64,000 nt of DNA from Thermodesulfobacteriota bacterium (GTDB lineage: Bacteria > Desulfobacterota_D > UBA1144 > Nemesobacterales > UBA2774): positions 1,248,001 to 1,312,000 of the forward strand of contig OZ244991.1 of the NCBI GenBank assembly GCA_965223335.1, written 5' to 3'. A program made the position numbers and the translations under genes. Positions 19,928 to 29,351 of the stretch are shown here, piece by piece. Numbering within the stretch: the stretch's first letter is position 1; each line of letters opens with the position of its first letter. The notes beneath the pieces were generated by a model. That model did no database searches. It saw nothing but the letters and a program-made list of their open reading frames with translations, and was not told where the DNA came from.

Positions 19928-21568
19928 ATGGTTTTGTTTTCAGGTTTGCGGGGAATTACAGGTGTAGTATTAGTATTTTTTATCGCAATGGGCACAATTG
20001 GCGGGTGCGGGGGATCGGGCTCGAACACAGGCAATAACGGTGCGCCCAAGATAGTATTCAGCTTCCAGGATGTTACTTCACTAGCGGGTTTTAACTATTC
20101 TCACGGCTATATATCGGGGCAGCCTCAGGGTGAGTTTCAACTAATAGCGGGTGGAGTGGCAGCGGGGGATTACGATAATGACGGCTGGATAGACCTATAT
20201 GCCATTCGCGGCGATATTGGGCCGAACCTGTTATTTAGGAACTTGGGCAACGGTACATTTGCAGAGGTGGGTGCCAATGCAGGTGTTGATCTAAACGGTA
20301 TATTGGGCTCGGGACCTTTGTTTTGGGATTATGACGGTGACGGCTACCTGGACCTTTTTGTAGGCGGGTTAAACAGCAATGCCGTAACACTGTTTCGTAA
20401 TATTAAAAACGGTAAGTTCGAGGTCGTAGAAAACAATGCGGGGCTGGCGATCACAAGGGCAATCACCATGTCTGCCGCGTGCGGTGACTATGACAACGAT
20501 AATGATATCGACCTGTTTGCAGCACACTGGGGTAGCGGGGCTGTCACAGGCGGGACTTCATCAGAACACCTATGGATGAACAACGGCAACTCTACTTTTA
20601 CTGATGTGAGTGTGTCGTCCGGGATTACGGCATCCTACACAGGTTTCATAGACTTTACATTCACGCCTAATTTTACCGATATTAATAACGACGGGTTCAA
20701 AGATATATTGATAGCTTCAGATTTCGGTACAAGTGCGGTATTTACCAATCAGGGTAACGGGACATTCCAGGACACCACCACAATCGTAATTTCGGATGAA
20801 AACGGTATGGGCGGGGCTGTGGGTGATTATGATAACGACGGTGATATGGACTGGTTTGTATCGAGTATTTTAGACGAGGACGGTGTGTCTGAGGGTAACT
20901 GGGGTATTACAGGAAACAGGCTCTATAGAAATGACGGAGGCGCATTTTCGGATGTTACGGAACAGTCGGGTGTTCGTCACGGGTACTGGGGCTGGGGCAG
21001 CTGCTTTGCCGATTTTGATAACGACGGCTACCTGGACATTGCGCACGTAAACGGTTTCGGGTTCCCACCCGACGGTGGGATTGCCGGCGATTATTTTGCG
21101 GACCCGACAAGGTTGTTTATGTCTAACGGAAACGGCACATTCACGGAAAAGGCATTTGATCTGGGCTTAATAGAAACTGGGCAGGGCCGCGGGATAGTGT
21201 GTTTCGACTACGATAAAGACGGCGACATCGATATGTTTATAGCCAACAATGACCAGCCGCCCAGTCTGTTTCGTAATAACGGCGGGAACCAAAACAACTA
21301 TATCAGCATCACTTTAAACGGCATGGCCCCCAACACGCAGGGAATAGGTGCACTGATCGAGGTGACTACGGGCGGGACTACTCAGACCCGTGAGGTCCGC
21401 TGCGGTAGTAACTTTGTTTCTCAGGACCCGGCATTGGCCCATTTCGGGTTGGGTGAGAGCATAGGCATAGACACGCTAAAGGTAAATTGGCCCGACGGGC
21501 AGACCACGACGTTACAGAATGTAGCACCTAATCAGTATCTGGTAATTGATCACCCGGGGGTTCTTTGA
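19928..21568 (+). CDS. CRTAC1-like lipoprotein: FG-GAP-like Ca-binding repeats plus ASPIC/UnbV domain
   Basis: Lipobox TIGGC; seven DxDxDG-type repeats; C-terminal GSNFVSQD...AHFGLG...VNWPDG. Confidence 0.85.
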   Translation: MVLFSGLRGITGVVLVFFIAMGTIGGCGGSGSNTGNNGAPKIVFSFQDVTSLAGFNYSHGYISGQPQGEFQLIAGGVAAGDYDNDGWIDLYAIRGDIGPNLLFRNLGNGTFAEVGANAGVDLNGILGSGPLFWDYDGDGYLDLFVGGLNSNAVTLFRNIKNGKFEVVENNAGLAITRAITMSAACGDYDNDNDIDLFAAHWGSGAVTGGTSSEHLWMNNGNSTFTDVSVSSGITASYTGFIDFTFTPNFTDINNDGFKDILIASDFGTSAVFTNQGNGTFQDTTTIVISDENGMGGAVGDYDNDGDMDWFVSSILDEDGVSEGNWGITGNRLYRNDGGAFSDVTEQSGVRHGYWGWGSCFADFDNDGYLDIAHVNGFGFPPDGGIAGDYFADPTRLFMSNGNGTFTEKAFDLGLIETGQGRGIVCFDYDKDGDIDMFIANNDQPPSLFRNNGGNQNNYISITLNGMAPNTQGIGALIEVTTGGTTQTREVRCGSNFVSQDPALAHFGLGESIGIDTLKVNWPDGQTTTLQNVAPNQYLVIDHPGVL

Positions 21569-21606
21569 TGGATACGGTTGGTAAGTAGGCGGGTATCATT
21601 TAGTGT

Positions 21607-22437
21607 ATGGATACGATAAGTATTTTGGGTTGCGGCTGGTTGGGGCTGCCTCTTGCCAAGAGGTTTATTGCCGAGGGTTACCGTGTAAAGGGTTCTACTG
21701 CTACTGAGGATAAACTCTCGCTTCTTAAAAACGAAGGCATAGATGCCAGCCATCTAGTTCTCGACCCGTATCTGAGGGGAGGGGATTTAGAAGGGTTTTT
21801 TAATACCGACATCCTTATAGTTAACTTCCCACCAGAGCGCCGCCCGGACATTGTCGAGTACCACCAAACCCAGATTTTATCATTGATCGATTTTGTAGAA
21901 GCTCATAGCAATCTTGATAAAATACTGTATGTAAGCTCGACCTCCGTGTATCCGAATGTAAACAGGGAGGTGAGTGAGGATGAGGAACTTGAGCCGGATA
22001 AGCTCTCGGGGAAAGCGCTTAGGAATGTAGAGAACATACTGCTTGCCAGCCAAAATTTTAAGACCACAGTTATAAGGTTTTCGGGCTTGATCGGTTATGA
22101 CAGGATGCCCGGGAGGTTTTTGGCAGGCAAAAAGGCAGTTGCTAATGCCGATGCCCCGGTAAACCTTATTCACCGGGACGACTGCATAAATATAATATCC
22201 AGGGTGATCGAAAGAGAAGTTTGGGGCGAGGTGCTAAACGCGAGTTCAGATACACACCCCACAAGACAGGACTTCTATGTAAACGAGGCTAGGAAATTAG
22301 GCCTAGAACCGCCCATGTTTACAGATATGGACGAGTTTAAATACAAGATCGTGAAAAACAATAAATTAAAGACTCTTCTCGACTATAGCTTCATACACCC
22401 TGATCCTGCAGTAATTATAGAAGAACAAACCGAATAA
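21607..22437 (+). CDS. NAD(P)-dependent SDR/epimerase-family oxidoreductase (YeeZ-like)
   Basis: ISILGCGWLGLPLA, SSTSVY, RFSGLIG, VNLIHRDD. Confidence 0.85.
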   Translation: MDTISILGCGWLGLPLAKRFIAEGYRVKGSTATEDKLSLLKNEGIDASHLVLDPYLRGGDLEGFFNTDILIVNFPPERRPDIVEYHQTQILSLIDFVEAHSNLDKILYVSSTSVYPNVNREVSEDEELEPDKLSGKALRNVENILLASQNFKTTVIRFSGLIGYDRMPGRFLAGKKAVANADAPVNLIHRDDCINIISRVIEREVWGEVLNASSDTHPTRQDFYVNEARKLGLEPPMFTDMDEFKYKIVKNNKLKTLLDYSFIHPDPAVIIEEQTE

Positions 22438-22712
22438 ATTGCTGGTTATACTAGGGTGGGGGGAATGTAGAAATTGGAAATAATGACTGTTGGGTTATAA
22501 TTACCTCATAATAGAGAAACCGATATTAAACAACAATAAATCTATTTGTCTAAGGTCTGCAGGTGACCTTATAGAAAGTATATTTGTGCATACCTCCCGC
22601 AATGTTTTGTATCTGCAAATTAAATCTACTAGATGTATCATTATTGATAAATTGCGCATAGATCATAGTTAAAAACCACCGAAAGGTTAAGGAGGCATAC
22701 ACCATTTCAAAC

Positions 22713-23690
22713 ATGCAGCAACAGACCAGATCGAATACAGAGCCGGTAACAACCACAGAGCTTAACTTCGATGACAACGGAGCCGTGAAGCAGCTCTACG
22801 GGGAGCATAACGAAAACCTAAAGGAAATGGAGAGCTTCTTTGGGATCGAGATCAATTCGAGGGGCGCTAAATTAAACCTGAGAGGGGACGAAAAAGGGGT
22901 CCGGTCTGCAGAAAAATTTCTCCAGCAGATCTATGAGCTGATTGAAAAAGGCTATGCACTTGACCCCGGTGATATAGAGCTTGCTGCGAGGGTGGTGCTG
23001 GACGGGAAAATGGCGCTTGAGGACATATTTCTCGACACAGTGTGTGTGTCTACCAGAAAGCGCATTATAGCTCCCAAGAGTCTGGCGCAGAAGTTATATA
23101 TAGACGCTATAAGAAAGAACGATATAGTATTTGGCATAGGGCCTGCGGGTACCGGTAAGACCTACCTGGCAATGGCCATGGCGGTGTCTTCGTTTATGAA
23201 CAGGGAGGTTAACCGTATTATTCTTACGCGCCCTGCGGTCGAGGCCGGGGAGAAGTTGGGTTACCTGCCGGGGGACCTTCAACAGAAGGTGGACCCTTAC
23301 CTAAGACCCCTACTCGATGCACTCTATGATATGATGGACTATGAAAAGGCTACGCGTCTAATAGATAAAGGCGGGATAGAGATTGCACCGCTCGCATATA
23401 TGCGTGGGAGGACCTTGAACGACGCGTTTATAATATTGGATGAGGCACAGAACACGACCTCTACGCAGATGAAGATGTTTCTTACCCGGCTTGGGTTCAA
23501 TTCGAAAACCATTGTGACAGGCGACACAACACAGATCGACCTCGACACCGACAACAAATCGGGTCTTTTGGACGCAGAAGGTGTGGTGAACGATATAGAG
23601 GGCATTGAGTTTGTCTATTTTTCAAAAAGCGACGTTGTGCGTCACCCTCTTGTCAGGCATATAATAAGTGCATATGAGAAAGTAGATTAA
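22713..23690 (+). CDS. PhoH-family ATPase (YbeZ/PhoH-like)
   Basis: GPAGTGKTYLA, RPAVEAGE.LG.LPGD, LAYMRGRT, DEAQN, DVVRH. Confidence 0.94.
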   Translation: MQQQTRSNTEPVTTTELNFDDNGAVKQLYGEHNENLKEMESFFGIEINSRGAKLNLRGDEKGVRSAEKFLQQIYELIEKGYALDPGDIELAARVVLDGKMALEDIFLDTVCVSTRKRIIAPKSLAQKLYIDAIRKNDIVFGIGPAGTGKTYLAMAMAVSSFMNREVNRIILTRPAVEAGEKLGYLPGDLQQKVDPYLRPLLDALYDMMDYEKATRLIDKGGIEIAPLAYMRGRTLNDAFIILDEAQNTTSTQMKMFLTRLGFNSKTIVTGDTTQIDLDTDNKSGLLDAEGVVNDIEGIEFVYFSKSDVVRHPLVRHIISAYEKVD

Positions 23691-23732
23691 TTTCGTGCTA
23701 ACATATAGTAACGGTACTGTTCGGAGGAACGA

Positions 23733-24185
23733 ATGATAAGGATCGCACTCATAACACTGACTTTAATCCCCATGCTATTGATTGTGGGCTGTAATAGAAC
23801 GTGGCAGGATCCCAACACCTCGCTGCCTGCCCAAAGCGTGAGCATACCGGATCTACTTACAAATAAAAACGCTTATGAGAGTGCAGGTGTAATTGTAATT
23901 GGGAAAATTTGGGACCTTACCCATGAGACGTTCGAAGTGGGTGAGAATAGGGAGTTGGTCGATTATACGATTTTTACATTAGCTGATCGCAAGGGTGTAG
24001 GTGTGAACGTATATGTGCCGAGCGATGTGCCTCTTGTTGAGGGGAATTACGTTCGTGTTGTGGGTGTGTACAGGCGTGAATTCGAGACCGAGTATCACAA
24101 TTTTACAAATAGGATAGAGGCTGTGAGGCTTGAGAACTGGCACCCTGGATTAGGTTATTGGATACGTGAATATGAGTTCGACTGA
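23733..24185 (+). CDS. Hypothetical lipoprotein, possibly OB-fold
   Basis: LLIVGC lipobox; beta-rich pattern (V.V.G.I...F.L.D..G..V.V...EG.YVRVVG); GGAGG RBS. Confidence 0.6.
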   Translation: MIRIALITLTLIPMLLIVGCNRTWQDPNTSLPAQSVSIPDLLTNKNAYESAGVIVIGKIWDLTHETFEVGENRELVDYTIFTLADRKGVGVNVYVPSDVPLVEGNYVRVVGVYRREFETEYHNFTNRIEAVRLENWHPGLGYWIREYEFD

Positions 24186-24196
24186 AGTAGGTCCTT

Positions 24197-25486
24197 CTAT
24201 AGAATATCCCGCATGAAAATGATCTCGTCGCGCGATGGTCCTAGCGAGACCATAGAGATCGGTGTCTTGGTAACTTCCTCTACCTTTTTTAAATAATCCC
24301 TGGCTTGCGAGGGCAGGTCTTCATAAGTGCGTATGTTGGAGATGTCTTTGTCCCACCCCTCTAGCTCCTCGTATACGGGGGTTGAGTTTGCGAGTATCTC
24401 GTTGCTGGTGGGGAAGTCTGTTAGAGTGTTGCCGTTATGATTGTACGAGACACAAATCTTTATGGAATCGAACCCTGAGAGGACGTCTAGTTTTGTAAGT
24501 GCAATGTGTGAGACACCGTTTATCATGGCTGCGTAGCGAAACGCTACTGCATCGAACCACCCGCAGCGCCGCTGTCTGCCGGTTGTGGCCCCGTACTCCC
24601 CCCCAAGCTCCCTAAGTTTTTCGCCAAGCTCGCCCTCGATCTCTGTGGGGAAAGGGCCCTCTCCCACACGGGTTGTGTAGGCCTTGGCCACACCAAGTAT
24701 TGTATCAATTTTAGTAGGGCTTACTCCGGTACCAGTGGATGCCCCGCCTGAGCTTGCACTGGATGATGTAACAAATGGATAGGTGCCAAAATCTATGTCT
24801 AGTAACGCCCCCTGGGCACCCTCGAATAGAATGTTCTTGCCCTTGTTAATTACGGTGTTAAGCAGAGTGGATGAATCGGTTATAAATGGAGAGATTTTCC
24901 GTCCGTATTCGATGTACTGATCGTATATCTCTTCTAGGCTTAGGGTGTTGCCACCTAAGACCTTGGCGATGTATTGGTTTCTGTCCTCTAAGATATCGGG
25001 GAGTCTTTCTCTAAGGAGTTTTGGATCGGCTATGTCTGCTACTCGTATCCCTCTGCGAGCAGCCTTATCTTCGTATACGGGTCCTATCCCTCTGCCTGTG
25101 GTCCCGATTTTGCGGTTGCCCCTCTTTTCTTCACGAGCCCGGTCGATCTCACGGTGATAGGGCATGATTACATGTGCTCTGTCGCTTATCTTTAGATTGC
25201 TGCCGTCCACTCGGTACCCGGCGGATTTAAGTGTGTCTATTTCACCAAGCAGTACGTTTGGGTCTATAACCACACCGTTTCCTATAACCGATATCTTGCC
25301 TTCCCTGAGTATGCCCGAGGGTATGTGGTGGAGGATTATGGTTTGGTCGCCGATAACAATTGTGTGGCCGGCGTTGTTACCGCCCTGGTAACGCACTATG
25401 GCGTATACGTCTTCGGCGATGAGGTCTACGATGCGTCCTTTGCCCTCATCTCCCCACTGAGTCCCGATAACTACTACGTTTGGCAT
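24197..25486 (-). CDS. purA: Adenylosuccinate synthetase
   Basis: GTQWGDEGKG, QGGNNAGHT, IGTTGRGIGP, EGAQG, GATTGRQRRCGWFD. Start placed at MPNVVV (25486). Confidence 0.97.
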   Translation of the reverse strand: MPNVVVIGTQWGDEGKGRIVDLIAEDVYAIVRYQGGNNAGHTIVIGDQTIILHHIPSGILREGKISVIGNGVVIDPNVLLGEIDTLKSAGYRVDGSNLKISDRAHVIMPYHREIDRAREEKRGNRKIGTTGRGIGPVYEDKAARRGIRVADIADPKLLRERLPDILEDRNQYIAKVLGGNTLSLEEIYDQYIEYGRKISPFITDSSTLLNTVINKGKNILFEGAQGALLDIDFGTYPFVTSSSASSGGASTGTGVSPTKIDTILGVAKAYTTRVGEGPFPTEIEGELGEKLRELGGEYGATTGRQRRCGWFDAVAFRYAAMINGVSHIALTKLDVLSGFDSIKICVSYNHNGNTLTDFPTSNEILANSTPVYEELEGWDKDISNIRTYEDLPSQARDYLKKVEEVTKTPISMVSLGPSRDEIIFMRDIL

Positions 25487-25488
25487 TC

Positions 25489-26733
25489 TCAGATCCCGCC
25501 TTTGAGTAACTCCTCGAGATTGGAAAACTCCTTGCACACCCCTTTTCTGGATTCGATTAATTTAAGCCTCCTAGGGGTTTCCAAGAGTATTACACCGTAA
25601 AAGTTAGCGGAGTTTTCACTTATTCTATAGTCTATCTGGTCCTGGTCTAAGTTAAGATCAAGCACTACCTTGAACCCGCTTGAGCGAAGCCACTCGGACA
25701 GGCGGATGGCCTCGGGCCTAAGCGCCTTTTTCTTGGGTATAACCACAAAATGTATCTGGTTGTTTTCAGTGTGTTTTTGAGTGATATTGAGTATGGGTTC
25801 AACATCCACTGCAAACCCTGTGGCAGGGGAATTGTATCCGTAGCGAGACATGAGCTCGTTGTACCTGCCCCCGGTTATAAGTGGGGTGGCCGTTTTGGGG
25901 GAGAGAATGTCGAACGTAACACCCGTGTAGTAGTTAAACCCTCTGAACTCGGCCAGGTCTATATTGATTTCACACGTGGGGTTGTAGTCTTTAAGTACAT
26001 TTAGAACGTTTTCAAGTTCCCGAATGTATTTACGGATGGATTTTATTTTTTTGGCTTCAGCAAGAACCTCAGTGGAACCAAAGAGCTCGGGCATGAGCAA
26101 AATCGCTTGTTTTGTACTCTTTGAGAGCTTTGATTTACGTATAGCACTCCTTAGTGCTTCGTGATCTTTTTTTTTAAGAGCCTCTTCTATCTCGGCTCTA
26201 CAGTCCCCGGTTTTTTCGAGCAGGTGTCTAAGTATGCCGGTGTGTCCGATATCGAGAATGATGTTTTTAATGCCCAGTCGGCCGAGCGATTTTACAGCCA
26301 GTGCCAAGATCTCGGCGTCAGACTCGGCACTGTCGAGACCCACCAGTTCGCAACCGACCTGGAAGACCTCCCTTTCCTTACCGCTGCCCTTTTCTTCGTA
26401 CCTTACTACCCGGCCGTTATAGCAGAGCCTAAGCGGAGTGGAGTGCTCGCTTAGCTGTGTAGCCACAATCCTGCCGATCTGGGGGGTTATGTCGGGCCTA
26501 AGCGCTACTATATCCCCGGTAGAGGGGTCGACGAATTTCATAACCTTGTTGCGGAGCTCGTCGCCTAGCCCCACATCTATGGTCTCCAAGTACTCAAATA
26601 GCGGAGTGATGACTCGTCTGTAACCCCAGCGTGCAAACTCCTCGAGCAAGCCGTCTTCTATCCTTCTTAACTCCTCGGCTTTTTCGAGTGTAAAGTCCTT
26701 AACCCCTTGGGGTAAATTGAGATGACCTGCCAT
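25489..26733 (-). CDS. hisZ: ATP phosphoribosyltransferase regulatory subunit HisZ
   Basis: PQGVKD, LRPDITPQIGR, RLCYNGRV, QVGCELVG, YYTGV.F, GGRY; upstream of purA. Confidence 0.88.
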   Translation of the reverse strand: MAGHLNLPQGVKDFTLEKAEELRRIEDGLLEEFARWGYRRVITPLFEYLETIDVGLGDELRNKVMKFVDPSTGDIVALRPDITPQIGRIVATQLSEHSTPLRLCYNGRVVRYEEKGSGKEREVFQVGCELVGLDSAESDAEILALAVKSLGRLGIKNIILDIGHTGILRHLLEKTGDCRAEIEEALKKKDHEALRSAIRKSKLSKSTKQAILLMPELFGSTEVLAEAKKIKSIRKYIRELENVLNVLKDYNPTCEINIDLAEFRGFNYYTGVTFDILSPKTATPLITGGRYNELMSRYGYNSPATGFAVDVEPILNITQKHTENNQIHFVVIPKKKALRPEAIRLSEWLRSSGFKVVLDLNLDQDQIDYRISENSANFYGVILLETPRRLKLIESRKGVCKEFSNLEELLKGGI

Positions 26734-26734
26734 A

Positions 26735-28321
26735 TTAAAATTTAACCTGTGTTAGTGAGATTATGTCAGTGAGGTTAGAGATCTTTTCCATTACATCGTC
26801 GGGCACCGGTGAATCAACGTTTGTGAACACTATGGCTCTGCCCCCAATAGCCTCACGCCCCAAGTGCATTAGCCCTATGTTAACTCCGTTTTCCCCGAGC
26901 ACCGTACACATTGCTCCGATAAACCCGGGTTGGTCATTGTTTTCGCTCACCAATAAATAACCTTTCGGCACCACGTCTATCGACATACCGTTAATACCGA
27001 CGAATCGGGGTTCTTCTTTGCCAAAAATCGAACCGGACACCTGGCTTTCGCCGTCTGTTGTTTTAACCACAATGGTAATCAGGCTGGTGAAGTCCTTGGT
27101 CTTTGAGGATTTGGACTCTATAACCTTAATACCGCGTTCCTTGGCAATTACGGGTGCATTAACATGGCTTACCACAACGTCCATAATCGGCGATAGAAAG
27201 CCCTTTAGTGCAGACACCGTAATAGGAGAGGTGTCGAACTCGGATACCTCGCCGTCGTACTCGATATGGATCTCTTTTACAGCACTCTTGCAAAGCTGGC
27301 CTTGGAGGCTTCCCAGCTTCTCGGCAAGGTTGAGATAGGGTTTCATCTGGTTTAGTAGTTCTAGGCTTAGCGATGGCATATTGACCGCGTTTCTTACCAC
27401 CCCGTTTACCAAGAAGTCGACTATTTGCTCTGCAATGGATATGCCGACTTTAAGCTGTGCCTCTTCGGTGGAAGCCCCAAGGTGCGGGGTATATACAACT
27501 CCCGTTTCAACGTTAAAGAGCGGGTTGTCTTTTTCCGGCGGCTCGCTTACATACACATCCATTGCCGCGCCGCCGATCTTGCCCTGATCAAGTGCCTGGG
27601 CTAGGTCTGCCTCGTTCACAATCCCGCCCCTAGCACAGTTGATTAACAGCACGCCATCTTTCATTTTCTCGAACGTGTCTTTATTAATAAGGTCTTTGGT
27701 GTCGGAGGTAAGGGGTGTGTGAATTGTTATTACGTCTGATTTCTCGAGCAGTTCATCAAGCGTAGCCAGCTCCACTCCCAGGCTCTTAGCTGCCTCTTTG
27801 GTTAAAAACGGGTCGTAAGCAATAACCCTCATTTTAAGGCCCATTGCCCTCTCTGCTACTAATTTGCCGATGTTGCCGAGCCCTATGCAGCCCAGTGTCT
27901 TCCCGTATATTTCAACCCCTTTGAATTTCGAGCGCTCCCAGAGACCCGAAGAAATAGATGAATGGGCTTGGGGGATTCTGCGAGCGAGCGAGAGCATAAG
28001 TGTGATTGTGTGCTCTGCTGTGGTGATGGCGTTTGCCTCGGGGGTATTCATCACAACTATACCTTTTTTAGTGGCCGCCTCTACGTCCACATTATCAACG
28101 CCTATTCCCGCTCTGCCTATCACTTTAAGGTTCACCCCGGCGTCTATGATCTCCGAGGTTACCGTTGTGGCACTTCTTACTACGACAGCGTCAAAATCCT
28201 TAATAATGTCCAGCAGCTCTTCTTTGGAAATCCCTTTCCTAACGTCGACCTCGAGCTCTTTGGCTGATTCAAGCACAGCAAGCCCATCTTTTGCCAGACC
28301 GTCTGTGATTAGTACTTTCAA
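26735..28321 (-). CDS. serA: D-3-phosphoglycerate dehydrogenase (type I, ASB and ACT domains)
   Basis: VRSAT, GRAGIGVDNVD, GLGNIG, INCARGG, TPHLGASTEEAQ, NDQPG ACT. Start placed at TTG 28321, just after a GGAGG RBS. Confidence 0.95.
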   Translation of the reverse strand: MKVLITDGLAKDGLAVLESAKELEVDVRKGISKEELLDIIKDFDAVVVRSATTVTSEIIDAGVNLKVIGRAGIGVDNVDVEAATKKGIVVMNTPEANAITTAEHTITLMLSLARRIPQAHSSISSGLWERSKFKGVEIYGKTLGCIGLGNIGKLVAERAMGLKMRVIAYDPFLTKEAAKSLGVELATLDELLEKSDVITIHTPLTSDTKDLINKDTFEKMKDGVLLINCARGGIVNEADLAQALDQGKIGGAAMDVYVSEPPEKDNPLFNVETGVVYTPHLGASTEEAQLKVGISIAEQIVDFLVNGVVRNAVNMPSLSLELLNQMKPYLNLAEKLGSLQGQLCKSAVKEIHIEYDGEVSEFDTSPITVSALKGFLSPIMDVVVSHVNAPVIAKERGIKVIESKSSKTKDFTSLITIVVKTTDGESQVSGSIFGKEEPRFVGINGMSIDVVPKGYLLVSENNDQPGFIGAMCTVLGENGVNIGLMHLGREAIGGRAIVFTNVDSPVPDDVMEKISNLTDIISLTQVKF

Positions 28322-28366
28322 TTTTTCCTCCAAGAAAGGTAAAAAGGATGTTCGTAACGGGATAAC

Positions 28367-28395
28367 AATATATGTCAGTCAGTGATTGTTGTCAA
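28367..28395 (-). promoter_or_regulatory. Candidate sigma-70 promoter for serA-hisZ-purA
   Basis: Minus strand TTGACA (28395-28390), 17 nt spacer, TATATT (28372-28367). Confidence 0.55.
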
Positions 28396-28528
28396 TTTAC
28401 TCAGAGTCCTGGTGCCTTAATTCTAATTAAGCTCAGAATTTATGCTGATATGGGATTGAAATAATTAGCCTCGAGCCACACCAGGCTAATGGCAGTAAGC
28501 TGTCTGATAGGGTAGTCTTTACGGGCCG

Positions 28529-29299
28529 ATGGAAGAAAAAAAGATGGCTTTTTTGGATCACTTGACGGAGCTTAGGGCTCGGCTGCTTTGGAGTGTGCTG
28601 GTTGTGGTGGTGCTCTTTTTGCCGGCTTATTATTTTTCGGAGCAGATCTTCGAGTTTCTAATGAAGCCTGTGATTGCAAGTCTGCCGGAAGGCAGCTCCC
28701 TTATCTTCACCAAACCAGCCGAAGGGTTTATCACCTATATAAAGGTTGCGTTCTTTGCATCGGTGATTGCGTCGGTGCCTTTCCTGTTGTACCAAGCATG
28801 GGCATTTGTGGCCCCTGCGTTGTACAAGCACGAGAGGCAGATAATTGTGCCATTTATATTCTTTGGATCGCTCTTTTTTGTTATAGGTGCGGCGTTTTGC
28901 TACTACATAGCGGCCCCCCCGGCATTTAAGTTCCTGTTAAACGAGTATTCTTCAGAGTACGTGAAGGCTTTTCCGTCAATTCGGGAGGCGCTCTCGTTTT
29001 TTATGGCTCTTATCTTCGGTTTCGGTCTTGTGTTTGAGTTCCCACTTATTATATTTGTACTCTCGAGAATGGGACTGGTCAGTAGCAGCTGGCTTAGGAC
29101 CAAGCGCAAGTATGCAATTCTGTTAGGTGCTGTTGTTGCCGCTATCTTAACACCGACCACCGATGCGGTTTCGATGATGCTTATGTTTGTGCCTATTATC
29201 GTATTTTACGAACTGGGTATTATAGTGGCTTGGGTTTTCGGGAAAAAGAAAAACACAGAGGAAAGTGAACAGCACGAGGAGGCAGAACCTTTTACTTAA
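28529..29299 (+). CDS. tatC: Twin-arginine translocase subunit TatC
   Basis: FLDHLTELRARL, YQAWAFVAPALY, FGLVFEFP, RKYAI, ILTP..D, YELGI. Confidence 0.95.
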   Translation: MEEKKMAFLDHLTELRARLLWSVLVVVVLFLPAYYFSEQIFEFLMKPVIASLPEGSSLIFTKPAEGFITYIKVAFFASVIASVPFLLYQAWAFVAPALYKHERQIIVPFIFFGSLFFVIGAAFCYYIAAPPAFKFLLNEYSSEYVKAFPSIREALSFFMALIFGFGLVFEFPLIIFVLSRMGLVSSSWLRTKRKYAILLGAVVAAILTPTTDAVSMMLMFVPIIVFYELGIIVAWVFGKKKNTEESEQHEEAEPFT

Positions 29300-29351
29300 A
29301 TATGTTTTGAGATCTATATAAAAAAGATAATATGTCGAGAGGAGAGATACC

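Noticed and set aside
19928..21568. UnbV-like gene as a marker of an enediyne cluster
   Set aside because: No PKS, thioesterase or other biosynthetic genes nearby.
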